DNA from: a virus
Lineage: Duplodnaviria > Caudoviricetes
Virus record (IMG/VR): IMGVR_UViG_3300028603_000024
Coordinates: 38,030-102,029 of that record
Length of the DNA stretch: 64,000 nucleotides
Reading direction: 5' to 3' (one strand)
A program made the translations under genes and the position numbers. Shown piece by piece: positions 17,403 to 27,260 of the stretch. Below the pieces are notes generated by a model, which made no database searches, was not told where the DNA came from, and was given only the letters and a program-made list of their open reading frames with translations. Numbering within the stretch: position 1 is the first letter of the stretch; every line of letters starts with the position of its first letter.

Positions 17403-18488
17403 TTAACACAAGTTAACAATGTTTGGTTTGAACTCGGCACCGTATGGTCCGAGGATGAACCGTGATAGTATATTCTTGGCCGCGTTTATATCCGCATTAT
17501 CGGTATGGCCACAACTCCGACAGCAAAACGCGACCCCGTCACGGCTGCTCCGCTCGATGTGACCACACTCATGGCAGGTGATACTGGTGTTGAAAGCAGG
17601 CACCGATCTGAACACAACACGGTTGTCCTCTGATCGGGCTTGCAGCCTGCTTAACCAATACCTCACGTTCCATGAACCGAGCGATCGACGCATACTTTTA
17701 GTCAAGCGTCGTTTGACCTTCGTCTTGTTGCAAATGCCCTTCAACTGCTCGACCACCACAAGATCAGCTTTGGCCGCTACATCCCTGGCGATCTCATCGA
17801 TACGCTGCCGTAGCATGCGCCTGGCCCTTAACTGGCCCCTGCTCCCGTGCTTGCGCCTCTTGATCCGTTCAATACAGCTTTCTACGTCGGTACCAAGTTG
17901 CTCGCCGGTCGATAAGCTGGCCAAAGCCTTGATGCCGGTATCGACACCTACCGCTACTTTTGGCTGCTTCTTCGGCCCCGTCTCAATCTCAAAACAGAGT
18001 TGCACGGACTTTTCTGTAATCACGTAGGATTCCAGCCGCCGGCCTCGCTCGACAAGTCTGTGAAAGTGCTTGTGATAACGAACCGGAAGATCGAGAATGA
18101 TCCCATTGCCGATACTCGCCAAGTGCAGCCAAGCGTCGAACTCTTTCGTGCGCTTTGTGTGCTGAAGGGAGGCGATGGTGCTGCTAACACACATTCGTTT
18201 ACCATTGTGTACCGGCTTTACTGCCTTCTCACCATCTTTGTTACGAGCCGCGAGGACCATATCGATCGCTTCCCTCGCGGCAACCTTCCGCAACCTGGCC
18301 GAGAACCAAGAGGGCACGGCATCAACAATCGGCTTCAGCAGTTCAGACTTCTTGGGCCGCTGCTCCCAGAACAAGTCAATGAACTCATTAACCACCCGGG
18401 CATACTCCGCGAGGACAACCCGCAACTCCGCCAGCTTCGCAGCGGTGGAGAACTTGAAACTTAATTTGGTTGAGCGGTTAATCTTCAT
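17403..18488 (-). CDS. tnpB: TnpB RNA-guided endonuclease
   Basis: RuvC-I VGVDTG, RuvC-II VVVEQL, Zn ribbon NTSITCHECG...CRSCG, RuvC-III NADINAAKNI. Likely start MKINRS at 18488 (track start 18572). Confidence 0.92.
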   Translation of the reverse strand: MKINRSTKLSFKFSTAAKLAELRVVLAEYARVVNEFIDLFWEQRPKKSELLKPIVDAVPSWFSARLRKVAAREAIDMVLAARNKDGEKAVKPVHNGKRMCVSSTIASLQHTKRTKEFDAWLHLASIGNGIILDLPVRYHKHFHRLVERGRRLESYVITEKSVQLCFEIETGPKKQPKVAVGVDTGIKALASLSTGEQLGTDVESCIERIKRRKHGSRGQLRARRMLRQRIDEIARDVAAKADLVVVEQLKGICNKTKVKRRLTKSMRRSLGSWNVRYWLSRLQARSEDNRVVFRSVPAFNTSITCHECGHIERSSRDGVAFCCRSCGHTDNADINAAKNILSRFILGPYGAEFKPNIVNLC

Positions 18489-18591
18489 TCGCAGCTTCCA
18501 GTGCACGCTTAGCCTTGTTCTTGGCCGACCTCTTGCCGTAAATCCTCGCACACATCGAAGTAACCACGTCAATGAAGTCCTGAACCAACTC
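18478..18591 (-). pseudogene. tnpA: C-terminal remnant of IS607 serine-recombinase TnpA
   Basis: Own translation ELVQDFIDVVTSMCARIYGKRSAKNKAKRALEAANED*, matching the IS607 TnpA C-terminal helix. In frame with an ATG at 18651 (57-aa ORF). HTH and catalytic Ser region are absent. Confidence 0.8.
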
Positions 18592-18654
18592 CAGACCTCG
18601 TCGTCTTGGGCTATGGCCCGGATCAGACGGCGGGCGGCGAGGACGAAACATCAA

Positions 18655-19062
18655 TCAGCTGATCGCGGCGCCGAGCAGCGCTGACAGATCCGGGGACTGA
18701 GAAATCACAGTCTTGATCTGCGACATGCGATCTCCGGACGCCTGCTTGGTGCTCACACCGAGACGCCGCCGCACATGCTGCTCAACTTCGCTGCCGGAGG
18801 CCTGCTTGATCGTATCGATCCGCTGGGCGACCTGGCTACCGAAGGTGAGGGCCGTGACGAGGTCGTCATCGCCAGCCAACTTGACGCCAGCGTTCTGCAA
18901 AACGCGGGCGCCGGCGGGGAAAAATACCTCTTCGCTCATCCGTCCCGCCAGGTCCAAGAACGGCGTTGCCGGACGTTTCACCATTTTCTCGCTCATCATC
19001 TCTGCTTTCTGGCACATGACCTGTGCCGTAGTTCTCGGTTCCACCAGGTACCTTACAGGCAT
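18655..19062 (-). CDS. hypothetical head-associated protein
   Basis: Follows the capsid gene; VKLAG, IKQAS and TKQAS motifs. True start may be 18999 or 18996. Confidence 0.6.
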   Translation of the reverse strand: MPVRYLVEPRTTAQVMCQKAEMMSEKMVKRPATPFLDLAGRMSEEVFFPAGARVLQNAGVKLAGDDDLVTALTFGSQVAQRIDTIKQASGSEVEQHVRRRLGVSTKQASGDRMSQIKTVISQSPDLSALLGAAIS

Positions 19063-19138
19063 GTCCTGTCCCCGAGCGTCAGTTTCCCTCGAGCCGAGGG
19101 TACGTACCTGTCTTAATCGTTATCGGATCATAAAACAA

Positions 19139-19199
19139 ACCCGGCTGCCGGCCCCGATCCGTGAGCCTTTTCTGCCCTCCGTGGCGTTGACAGCCGGGT
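19139..19199 (-). terminator. branched stem-loop/terminator-like structure after the major capsid gene
   Basis: 11-bp stem ACCCGGCTGTC/GGCAGCCGGGT enclosing two ACGGA-loop hairpins, followed by TTGTTTT. Confidence 0.55.
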
Positions 19200-19242
19200 C
19201 CTCGATTCACTCAGCTCCCTCTAGGTAGAGGGTGAGAGCTGC

Positions 19243-20241
19243 TTAAACTTCCGAGCCCTCGCCTCCCCACTTGGCCAGCAGGAAGTCGCAACGAGCGACG
19301 CCGGCGAAGTGGGCGATGACCTGAGCAACCAGCTGGTACGCCCAGAACTCGACCATGAAAGCGTCCTTCTTCACGTGCATCGTGGCGTCGGTGAGAACCA
19401 GCGTTTCACCGATGAAGTTGCCGGGAGCAAAATAGTAAACTGAACCGTCCGGGACCAGCCAATTTTTGATTGTCACCAGCCAACGAACGCCCATCCACTC
19501 TCGCTCGCCCCAGCCCTTCTGCTTCACCTCGGAGACCAAGTCACCGAGGTCGGTATGTGACCACTTGAGGAACTGCTTCGAGGTCGCCAGGTTGACCACG
19601 GCGGTAGCCGGGTCAAGCCCGAAGTTGGAGCGGTTCATGATCGTGAGCGAGTCCGCAACGGAGTCGGGGTTGATGGAGTCGTTGATGGTATCCCACTGGA
19701 TCGTCTGGGTCTGCGGCAGGATCTCGCCGGCGGCACCCGTGGTCGGAGCCAACATGGTGTTGATCAGCTGGAAGAAACGCAAATCTTCCAGACCGAGCAG
19801 ATCCTTCAGCGAGTTGTCACTGACCATCTGTCGCAGGTCGCTCTTGTAAGTCAGGAGCTGCGCAGTGTCCTTCTGGAATCGTCGAGTCATCAGGCGGCTG
19901 AAACGAGCCTCGTAACGACGCCCGTGGAAATACCACGACTTCGGCCGCTGCCCCAGCGTGGCTACCATGCCGCCCGGGGTATCGGCCTCGATCTCGCCGA
20001 TGTAGCGAGGATCGTCATCTTCGAGGGACGGGACCAGCTCCTCGGAGCCGATTTGGCGGGGTTCGAGAATATTACGGCTGATGCTGCCTTCGCGAACTCG
20101 CGTACGGATCACGTCAGTCGTCGCCGCGGCGACTTTGTACGCCCCTTCCGGGCCGGACTCGTCACTCATCCAGTCCCGCATCTGGGCGTTGGCCACCTTG
20201 ATCTCCGCGGGGCTCAGGGTGCTGGAAGCATGTTCTTTCAT
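19243..20241 (-). CDS. major capsid protein (HK97 fold)
   Basis: 332 aa; order protease-scaffold-decoration-capsid; IRTRVREGSISRNILEP, KDLLGLEDLRFF and VPDGSVYYFAPGNFIG segments. Confidence 0.8.
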   Translation of the reverse strand: MKEHASSTLSPAEIKVANAQMRDWMSDESGPEGAYKVAAATTDVIRTRVREGSISRNILEPRQIGSEELVPSLEDDDPRYIGEIEADTPGGMVATLGQRPKSWYFHGRRYEARFSRLMTRRFQKDTAQLLTYKSDLRQMVSDNSLKDLLGLEDLRFFQLINTMLAPTTGAAGEILPQTQTIQWDTINDSINPDSVADSLTIMNRSNFGLDPATAVVNLATSKQFLKWSHTDLGDLVSEVKQKGWGEREWMGVRWLVTIKNWLVPDGSVYYFAPGNFIGETLVLTDATMHVKKDAFMVEFWAYQLVAQVIAHFAGVARCDFLLAKWGGEGSEV

Positions 20242-20290
20242 CTCTGTTCTCCATCTCGCGGTGTAAACCGCGGTTATCGATCATATAAGA

Positions 20291-20317
20291 CCCCGGACGA
20301 CCCCCTGTCGCCCGGGG
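20291..20317 (-). promoter_or_regulatory. GC-rich hairpin between the decoration and capsid genes
   Basis: CCCCGGGCGAC-AGGGG-GTCGTCCGGGG; a second hairpin CGCGGT-TTAC-ACCGCG lies just before the capsid RBS. Confidence 0.5.
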
Positions 20318-20331
20318 CACTCAACCGAGCC

Positions 20332-20919
20332 CTACAGGCTCAGGCCGGCGACAAGGGCCGTCGCCGACGGCAGCCAGTAGGTGTGGAACTCAAGCATGTC
20401 TCGGCCGGGCTTGTCAACGTCGGTCTGGACGCCTTGCACGCAAACGCCGAGGATATCATCCTCGTAGTAAACACCCGGGGTGAGCTTGCCGATGTCATCG
20501 CCGCTGTTAACAACCGTCAGCGGCGTGTTGTTGGCGTAGTCCTCGGTAGTCACGAATTCCGTCGTGGCCAGGATAGCCGCGGCTGTTGCCGGAATGGCCA
20601 GGATGTCATCGCCGTATGCGTTGCCGGCGGGCGGCAACCCATCATAACCACCGGCGGGTTTGGCAAAATACGGCAGGCCGCCGGCAACCAGGCCGGGCGT
20701 GAAGAAACCGAGCTCGTTGAGAGAGACCACCATACCGGCGACTACGGCTACTTCTGCGCTGGAGTCGACCGGTTTCTGCACCGTAATCTGGGCATCGGTG
20801 CCGAAAGCACCCATCACGGACTGCAGCATGGTTTCATACATCTCTGTCTGGGCACTACGGGACAAGGCTACCGTAGGATCCTGTCCTTGGAACAACTGAG
20901 GGGTCCGTCCATCGCTCAT
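20332..20919 (-). CDS. capsid decoration/cement protein
   Basis: 195 aa, beta-rich (AGMVVSLNELG, TTEFV..DY..NTPLT), directly upstream of the capsid gene; strong AAGGAG RBS. Confidence 0.55.
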   Translation of the reverse strand: MSDGRTPQLFQGQDPTVALSRSAQTEMYETMLQSVMGAFGTDAQITVQKPVDSSAEVAVVAGMVVSLNELGFFTPGLVAGGLPYFAKPAGGYDGLPPAGNAYGDDILAIPATAAAILATTEFVTTEDYANNTPLTVVNSGDDIGKLTPGVYYEDDILGVCVQGVQTDVDKPGRDMLEFHTYWLPSATALVAGLSL

Positions 20920-20966
20920 CTTAGTACTCCTTATTCTTCGTTGTTATTCCCGAGCGGGAAATTTAG

Positions 20967-21359
20967 TTAACTCAGGCCCACAGACCGACGATACCGTTCG
21001 TCGCAAGCGGCCATAGGATCGGTTTGCTCGCTGGCCGACTTCGTCTGGTCAGGCGACCCCACGGACACCGGTTTACGATCCTCCAGGACTCTGACGAGCT
21101 CCTCAGCCACCTTCACGGGATCGCCGACGGCTGCGATGACGCGGTCCTGCGCCTGCTTCGTGTTCGGCATACGACCGCAGGCCACCATGCCTTGAAAGAT
21201 ACGCTCCCCGAGCGCCACAGCCGCTTGCGAGGCCTGTTTCGCGGCGTCCAGCTCCTCGGTCAACTTGTCAATCTGCAACTGCGAATCCACCAGCTGTTGT
21301 CGAGCTTGTTTCACAAGCTCAACACCCTTCAGCATCGTACTTTTTGTCTTATCGTCCAT
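20967..21359 (-). CDS. scaffold-like coiled-coil protein
   Basis: 130 aa; K-x-A at KQAR, KQAS, KQAQ, KVAE and KSAS. Confidence 0.55.
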   Translation of the reverse strand: MDDKTKSTMLKGVELVKQARQQLVDSQLQIDKLTEELDAAKQASQAAVALGERIFQGMVACGRMPNTKQAQDRVIAAVGDPVKVAEELVRVLEDRKPVSVGSPDQTKSASEQTDPMAACDERYRRSVGLS

Positions 21360-21389
21360 CGTTCGGCTCCTTTTATTGTTTATGGACTC

Positions 21390-22508
21390 TTACACAGTCG
21401 CGGCAGCGGGATCAGCGGCAGCGACCGGAGCCGATGCGGCAGCGGGAGCAGCGGCCGGGGTCGTAGGGGCCGCAGGGGCCGAACCTGACTGTTCCTGAAC
21501 TACGGCGGCAACGGCCTCGATATCCTCTGGGGCCATGCCCATGCTGCCCAGCAACTCCTTCATCTCGTCGATGGTCATCTCACCGCTCTGTACCGCTGCC
21601 AGTATCTCCTGCAGGATCTTCTCGGGGTCATCGGCCCCGGCAGGGGCAGGACTCGCGGCCGGATCAGTCGCGGGCACATCCCCGGAGGGAACAGCGCCGG
21701 GCAGCACGGCGGAGTCATCATCAGCCGCAGCTTTGAAGGTACCGGCCAGTACGCTGTTGTAGACCTCGTCGTCTAAGCTGACGAGGTAGCCGTTTGCCGC
21801 TTTTACGCCTTCGTCTGCAAAGGCGGCAACAACGGCTGCCTGCTTGGTAAGAACATCTGCCGTAGCAGGCAGGCGAGCGGCTTGCAGAGCCGCCAGTATT
21901 CGGGTCTTGGCCTGCTTCTCCTGCAACAGGAGAGACTGTGATTCCGCCTCCGTGATCAGGGAAGCCTCCTTGTCCGTAGCTGAGTCCGTTGAGCCTTCCG
22001 GATCCGTGGCGTTCTCCTCGACCGGGAGCAGGCTGCTGGCCTCTTTCTCGAAGGCGTCGAGCTGCGCCAGCAGAGCCGCGGACTTCGAATCGAACTTCGG
22101 ACCACCGACACCGCCGACGTCTCCTTCGGCTTGGTTGTGTCCCTTGCCCTCTTCACTACCGCCCAGGCGCCCGGTATCGGTATCGGTGTCGCCGGAGGCA
22201 ACAACATGCTCGGGTTTGATCTCCGCGGACGGCGGATCGGCGACCGTACCCGGATTAAGCTCGGCCTGGTTCGGCAGATTCTTCTTTTTCTCTTTGACGT
22301 TGGCCGTCCCACCAGTGGCGTCCACGCCCATGTCACCCGTGGTCGCCTTAGCATCTGCGGCGTTCTCCGCCGCAAATCCGCCGGTCTCCGCCGGCTGGTC
22401 CCCGTCGGGAGCCTTGCCTGACGGATGCGCCGTCGGCGCCTCCGCCGAAGCCGCCTTATTGCTGCTCTGCACCAAGGAACGCAGTTGAGCCAACACGTTA
22501 GTACTCAT
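21390..22508 (-). CDS. scaffold/core protein
   Basis: 372 aa, acidic and low complexity, directly after the protease; at least 8 K-x-A sites. Confidence 0.55.
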   Translation of the reverse strand: MSTNVLAQLRSLVQSSNKAASAEAPTAHPSGKAPDGDQPAETGGFAAENAADAKATTGDMGVDATGGTANVKEKKKNLPNQAELNPGTVADPPSAEIKPEHVVASGDTDTDTGRLGGSEEGKGHNQAEGDVGGVGGPKFDSKSAALLAQLDAFEKEASSLLPVEENATDPEGSTDSATDKEASLITEAESQSLLLQEKQAKTRILAALQAARLPATADVLTKQAAVVAAFADEGVKAANGYLVSLDDEVYNSVLAGTFKAAADDDSAVLPGAVPSGDVPATDPAASPAPAGADDPEKILQEILAAVQSGEMTIDEMKELLGSMGMAPEDIEAVAAVVQEQSGSAPAAPTTPAAAPAAASAPVAAADPAAATV

Positions 22509-22539
22509 TCACGAATCTCCTAATCATCAGTAACTCGAC

Positions 22540-23934
22540 CTAATTGCACTTTACATGATGTCGCAAAACAGTCAAGGCCGCCTCCAGTTCGCGGTCTGAC
22601 TCCTCCTCCTGAGAGGCTAATTCACTCAGCAGGTAGGCCGCATATTTACGAGCCTGCCGTTCCTGAGCCTCGGTTTGCGGCACCACAGCTCCGGGCACAT
22701 GCCGGGGCTCGGGGTTGCTGATAAGCCGGTCCCGGACATGTACCGGCGACAACGAAAGTTGTGAAGCTAGCTTCTCGGTAACTGCGACAGCCTGCAGGGA
22801 CATTTTGCAATCGTCGTAGGTGCCGTCCCCGGCCACGTCTGATAATAACTCGGCGTCGCCGAGTCGGGCAAACAACCCCGCCAAGCTGGGTTGCGTATTC
22901 GCTTGTTTGGTAACCGCGCAAAAGGCGTCGAAATCCAGAATAATCCGCCGACGTCGGCAGGCGGCCAGGAGATTGTCGGAAGCTTGCTTCCCCGTCATCT
23001 CCGCGAGGGCGGCGTCGGTCTGCTGCGAGCGTACCGGAATGCCCGGCAGCAGCCTCCGGAATCGCTGCAGCGTCAACGGTATCTGCTTCTCCATCTCCGC
23101 CAGTTTCCGAGCCACTGCGAGCTTTAAAGCCCGGCAGGGCGGGAGACTGGCGCGAACATAAAGAGGGGCCTCAAGACCGCACAGCTCGGCCAACCCTACC
23201 CCGGAGCGGTCGTAGGGCACCAGCAGGCCGCTCTGTCCGGCGGCTTTGAACCGCATAGTCCTGGCGATCACCTCCGCGGGTTTACCCACTTGGGAAATAT
23301 CAAAAAAGATGGGGTGCGGGTTGTCTACGTAAACACGGCGACCGTCGTCGAGAAGAGCCCCAAGCATACTTTTGGCGTGCTTGCAATACCCCCCGCTCGG
23401 TACCTCCGGAGGCTGGTCGCAGGGGCCGCGGGGGGTGGTGGCTTTATTACCGCAGATCGAACAAACATCGTAGTCGATCTTGCAAGCCATCGACCAGTCT
23501 AAATATTTACCGCTTTCCAAAGCCTCCTTGACGGCAGGATTTTTGGCGTCGTCGACGTCTACGAGAAGCTCGATACGACCCATCTTCTCGTTATAAGCCG
23601 TAGCTACCGGCTTGCCGTAACCTTTGCGAGGATCGTGATTGACGTGCTCCCTGAAAGCATTACCGTTCAAAAAGGTGGGATGAAATCGTTGACAGGCAAG
23701 CTTCGTAAAGCCGTCGCCATTTACGTTGGCGGAATACCTCTCGCTCTCCGCTACCGGAGCCAGATGTACCAGGGTATGCCCAGGTTGTAGGGGGTATTCC
23801 TCGAACTCCTGGGCGAAGCACTCCGCGGAGGCTGCTTTCAACCACGCCGCATCGACGCCCCGTCGATGTCTTCGAACGATCTGGATGGGATCGAAATCGG
23901 TATTAAAGTCGTAGGGCGAAAAAACTTTAAACAT
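22540..23934 (-). CDS. prohead maturation protease (HK97 gp4/T4 gp21-like) with a Zn-binding insert
   Basis: NVNGDGF, FREH, WSMACKIDYDVCSICGN and FFDISQVGKPA motifs. Confidence 0.8.
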   Translation of the reverse strand: MFKVFSPYDFNTDFDPIQIVRRHRRGVDAAWLKAASAECFAQEFEEYPLQPGHTLVHLAPVAESERYSANVNGDGFTKLACQRFHPTFLNGNAFREHVNHDPRKGYGKPVATAYNEKMGRIELLVDVDDAKNPAVKEALESGKYLDWSMACKIDYDVCSICGNKATTPRGPCDQPPEVPSGGYCKHAKSMLGALLDDGRRVYVDNPHPIFFDISQVGKPAEVIARTMRFKAAGQSGLLVPYDRSGVGLAELCGLEAPLYVRASLPPCRALKLAVARKLAEMEKQIPLTLQRFRRLLPGIPVRSQQTDAALAEMTGKQASDNLLAACRRRRIILDFDAFCAVTKQANTQPSLAGLFARLGDAELLSDVAGDGTYDDCKMSLQAVAVTEKLASQLSLSPVHVRDRLISNPEPRHVPGAVVPQTEAQERQARKYAAYLLSELASQEEESDRELEAALTVLRHHVKCN

Positions 23935-23937
23935 GCC

Positions 23938-25170
23938 TCACTCCTTAGCCTTCCCGGACTGCGCCTCGATCTTTTTTGCCTCAGTCCGCTCCCGCCTCTT
24001 TTGAATTGCGTTGAGATAGGCGTTGTTCAGACTCTCGTCCCTCTGTACTTCGGCATGCTGCCCCATCAGACTGAGGCCGAAGGCGGCAGCGGCCGGAATG
24101 AGCACCCCGGCGCGATAACCTTTCCCGCCGGGGTTGTTAAGATACTTGCTCGGCGTTGGTAAGCCGACATTTTTCCGACCCGAGGCCACAAAATCCATCA
24201 CCTGTGACTTGACGGTTTTCGGGGCCATTTTTTGAACTGCCACGACGTTTTTTCGCAGCGGGATGTCAGGAATTGCTTTGGGGTTCAGTTTTCTCAAGGC
24301 GCTGACGGTGTCGCTTGCGCCGCCTCGCAGCAGGGTCCGTTTCCCGGTTTGAAAAGCTCGGTAAGCTTTCGGATTGAATTGCTTCAATGCCTCTAAGGCC
24401 CCGGCTACGTTTGCCGATGTCGTCAACTGACGAACTGCCGGGGCCGCGCCAGTCGAAGGCGACTGCAATGCACCGGCCACCCCCGTATCTACAGCCGCAG
24501 CCAGCGCAGCGCTATAAGCCTTTCGGTCCCGGGGGAACCGTATCAATCTGTTATATCCCAGATTACCGGCGAGCCCGGCCCCGGCGCCAGTGGCAGCCAT
24601 AACACCCGCCTCCCCCAGCATGCCACCCCACCCCTGCCTGCCTTCGGGATTTAAAGTATGAGCCTCGCCGGTGGGTTTGAAACCGGCGTCAAGCGGTGTC
24701 ATCTCCCCGGTTTGCAGGTTTATAATGTCCCCAAGAGGATTTCCCGCGGCGTCCAGGGGCTGGAAGACTTCGTTACCCGCGGCGTCCACGCCGGGAATTA
24801 CCGCAGCGATCGACTGGTACGGGTCCGGGTTATTGACGTCATTACTCATGCCTTTGGCGGTACCGTTATAGACCTTCGGCAAGTAATCGGCCCCAAAGCC
24901 GAGAAAGCCCCCGGCCATTAAACCCATCAAAGCATTGTGCCAGTAATCTTTCTTTTTCTTCTTCGACATCGCAGCAGTCAGCAGCCCGGCCAAGCCGCCA
25001 ACGCCGGCCCCGACGGCTCCGAAACGGGCGCCCCGAGGCATTGCATTAAAACCAGCCACCGCGGAGTCGGCGAGACTCGGCGCAGCTGTCTCCTCCGCCG
25101 CGGTTTTAATCCCTCGTAATCGACGAACCACAGCGGTCTGCATCGCGAGTTTTTCAACCCTCTCGTTCAT
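23938..25170 (-). CDS. putative internal virion/ejection protein
   Basis: Likely start MNERVEKLA (track start 25197); KLA and KTAA followed by a Gly-zipper hydrophobic hairpin. Confidence 0.5.
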   Translation of the reverse strand: MNERVEKLAMQTAVVRRLRGIKTAAEETAAPSLADSAVAGFNAMPRGARFGAVGAGVGGLAGLLTAAMSKKKKKDYWHNALMGLMAGGFLGFGADYLPKVYNGTAKGMSNDVNNPDPYQSIAAVIPGVDAAGNEVFQPLDAAGNPLGDIINLQTGEMTPLDAGFKPTGEAHTLNPEGRQGWGGMLGEAGVMAATGAGAGLAGNLGYNRLIRFPRDRKAYSAALAAAVDTGVAGALQSPSTGAAPAVRQLTTSANVAGALEALKQFNPKAYRAFQTGKRTLLRGGASDTVSALRKLNPKAIPDIPLRKNVVAVQKMAPKTVKSQVMDFVASGRKNVGLPTPSKYLNNPGGKGYRAGVLIPAAAAFGLSLMGQHAEVQRDESLNNAYLNAIQKRRERTEAKKIEAQSGKAKE

Positions 25171-25210
25171 TGATGTCTGCTTTCTAAAAACACACACAAG
25201 GAGAAGTGCC

Positions 25211-26443
25211 CTAAAGGTTCAACACGTCATCTTTCGCCGACAAACCCCTCTCGATGCTTTGGGCTCTCTCGATGTCGAAAGGTTCTTGTTCCCGCTCCAA
25301 GGAACTACGCAGCAACGCCGTAAGAGTGGCTTCATTTAACATCCCGCGAGGAGAACTATCGCCGAGAATATTGTAAGCCCGCATCACCCGACCGAGGTCT
25401 GCACGGGCGACTACGGGGTCCCGCAGGGCGCCAACAAGGGCCTCTCTGGCTCGCAACCCGTTGATCATGGCGACGTCTTCGGGGCTGATTCCGGCTAATC
25501 GAATATCTCGATCCGCAGAAGCATCCGCCGGAACCGCGGCTCTCTCCCGTAACCCCAGAAAGGGATCCAAAGAGATAGCTGCGACTTTGGTGCCTGTGGC
25601 TAGGGTGTGTAGAAGACTCTCGTAAACGCCTCGTACCTTGGCGGCGACGGCGTGAATGTCGTCAGCCATCGCCACCTTGACGGCTTCCTGCCGAATCGTG
25701 ATCACGAGGTTCCCGAACTCCCGATACGGAGAACGATCCCAGGGATTGGTGGTAAAGATCCGTGGCTCGGCTTGCAGTCGGGCCAGCTTGGTGTTAATGT
25801 GTTGAGCCGCAATATCCATTGCAGTTACCGCATCTCGCCCGTACCACGCCACGGCCCGCTCTTCCAGCTCAAGGGGATTAACGGAGCCCCTCAGGATGGC
25901 CCGGGATGCGATTTTTGCGGCAAGCCCGACCTGTCGATGAGACTCCGCCAGGGCGACGCGGTGATCGCTGTCAGCCATCTTCAGCGACTCAATCGCCAAT
26001 TCGGCGCGTCGCAGGATGTCCTGCTCGTTGCTCAGTAGATGCGGCTCCGGCGGCGAGACGGCTGCGACCTTCTCAGTTAACTCCCCGACACGGCGGCGTC
26101 GTAGATTTCGCATATCCCGAAGAACGGGCTCGACGACGGCCTGCCCGGCCCGGAGTCCCGCAACTTTTCGCAGCGTCGTCGGGAATAGTTGGCGGCGGAC
26201 CGCGTCTATTTCAACAAGCGGATGCGAGGCTGCTTTCTGAGTCCCGGCGGTCTCGAAGTGATCCAGCGTTAGAAGTCTATTACTGATTTCGGCGAGTCTA
26301 CTGGTCCACTCCTGCGTAAGTCGCCGATCTCCGGCAACCTTCACTACAGCGTCCGTAGGCGTCTCTCCCGCAGAGATCAGTCTGAGCACCTCATCTGCAG
26401 AATCCCGCAGCCGTTGAATGTCTTGTCCGCTTGCTTTATTCAT
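25211..26443 (-). CDS. putative prohead core protein
   Basis: Likely start MNKASG (track start 26467); about 9 K-x-A sites. Confidence 0.55.
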   Translation of the reverse strand: MNKASGQDIQRLRDSADEVLRLISAGETPTDAVVKVAGDRRLTQEWTSRLAEISNRLLTLDHFETAGTQKAASHPLVEIDAVRRQLFPTTLRKVAGLRAGQAVVEPVLRDMRNLRRRRVGELTEKVAAVSPPEPHLLSNEQDILRRAELAIESLKMADSDHRVALAESHRQVGLAAKIASRAILRGSVNPLELEERAVAWYGRDAVTAMDIAAQHINTKLARLQAEPRIFTTNPWDRSPYREFGNLVITIRQEAVKVAMADDIHAVAAKVRGVYESLLHTLATGTKVAAISLDPFLGLRERAAVPADASADRDIRLAGISPEDVAMINGLRAREALVGALRDPVVARADLGRVMRAYNILGDSSPRGMLNEATLTALLRSSLEREQEPFDIERAQSIERGLSAKDDVLNL

Positions 26444-27260
26444 TACTACTCGCGCTCCCGGCCTCAATGGCCCTGACGTTCGGGTTATGCAACCCCTTCA
26501 ACGACGTAGTTTTATCCATGAGTTGCCATTGCAGATCGCTACCAATGATGTAGTTGAGTAAGGCGGTGAGCCCGGAATCTCCGCCGGCCTCCAAGTCGCG
26601 GTTACTTCGATCCATCTGGGAGTAAAGATCAAAGGTCGAGCCGGCGTGGAAGGCGGACAACGGTAGACTGACCGACGCCGCCTGACCCTTGTATGTCGCC
26701 ATACTGTGCGCCAAGCTGCGATGCGCCTCTATGTTCTTCTCCGTAATCGGTTCTCGCGTAAGAACGTCTTTCAAAACATCTTTGCCGTGACTTGCGCCGA
26801 GCAAGGAAAAGAAGCCGCTGTCGTCGCTATTAAACCCGCTCCGGTGCACCTGCGGAATAAGAACAGTCATCACCCAGGTTTTCGTAGCCGAGGGCGAGAT
26901 GTCGAACCATAACGAGCGGTACCAATTAAGAACGTCTGGGTGTGTCTCGTACTGCAAACTTATCTCGGCTACCGGCGTGTTCGCGAGCAAAAGACCCTGG
27001 ATAGCGGATTCCGTGGTCATGTCGGCCTGCGTATGCAGGATGTAGGCTTCGTAGAGATGCGGAAATCGTAGAGAGACGAGTCGCTCTTTTTCCTCGTCCC
27101 CGTCGGCGTCCCGCAAGGCAACGTAGAACTCGACACCTCGCAACACTGCGAGGTCGTCACCGGGCGGAGACGGTTTACGACCGCTGCGATGCAGTTGCAG
27201 AATACGGTTCCACCGCCACTGTGTACGATCAACGAATTTTGATGTCGCCGGAATATACAC
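26436..27260 (-). CDS. hypothetical protein
   Basis: 274 aa, overlaps the next gene; lacks K-x-A motifs, unlike its neighbours. Confidence 0.6.
   Translation of the reverse strand: MYIPATSKFVDRTQWRWNRILQLHRSGRKPSPPGDDLAVLRGVEFYVALRDADGDEEKERLVSLRFPHLYEAYILHTQADMTTESAIQGLLLANTPVAEISLQYETHPDVLNWYRSLWFDISPSATKTWVMTVLIPQVHRSGFNSDDSGFFSLLGASHGKDVLKDVLTREPITEKNIEAHRSLAHSMATYKGQAASVSLPLSAFHAGSTFDLYSQMDRSNRDLEAGGDSGLTALLNYIIGSDLQWQLMDKTTSLKGLHNPNVRAIEAGSASSNE

Larger units (their letters stand above)
17389..18600 (-). mobile_element. IS607-family derived element (TnpB intact, TnpA deleted to a stub)
   Basis: TnpA C-terminal remnant overlapping a tnpB start; candidate right end AACGG at 17393..17389; left end not identified. 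Confidence 0.7.

Noticed and set aside
17403-18572. Cas12f/type V CRISPR effector
   Set aside because: No array nearby; the IS607 TnpA remnant upstream identifies it as TnpB.
19924-20970. 348-aa plus-strand ORF and other long plus ORFs (11773..12585, 35789..36748, 38081..38929, 51510..52214)
   Set aside because: Antisense shadows of recognisable genes in GC-rich DNA; no motifs.
26436-27260. Terminase small subunit
   Set aside because: Only position and the absence of K-x-A suggest it; no motif and no large terminase in the window.
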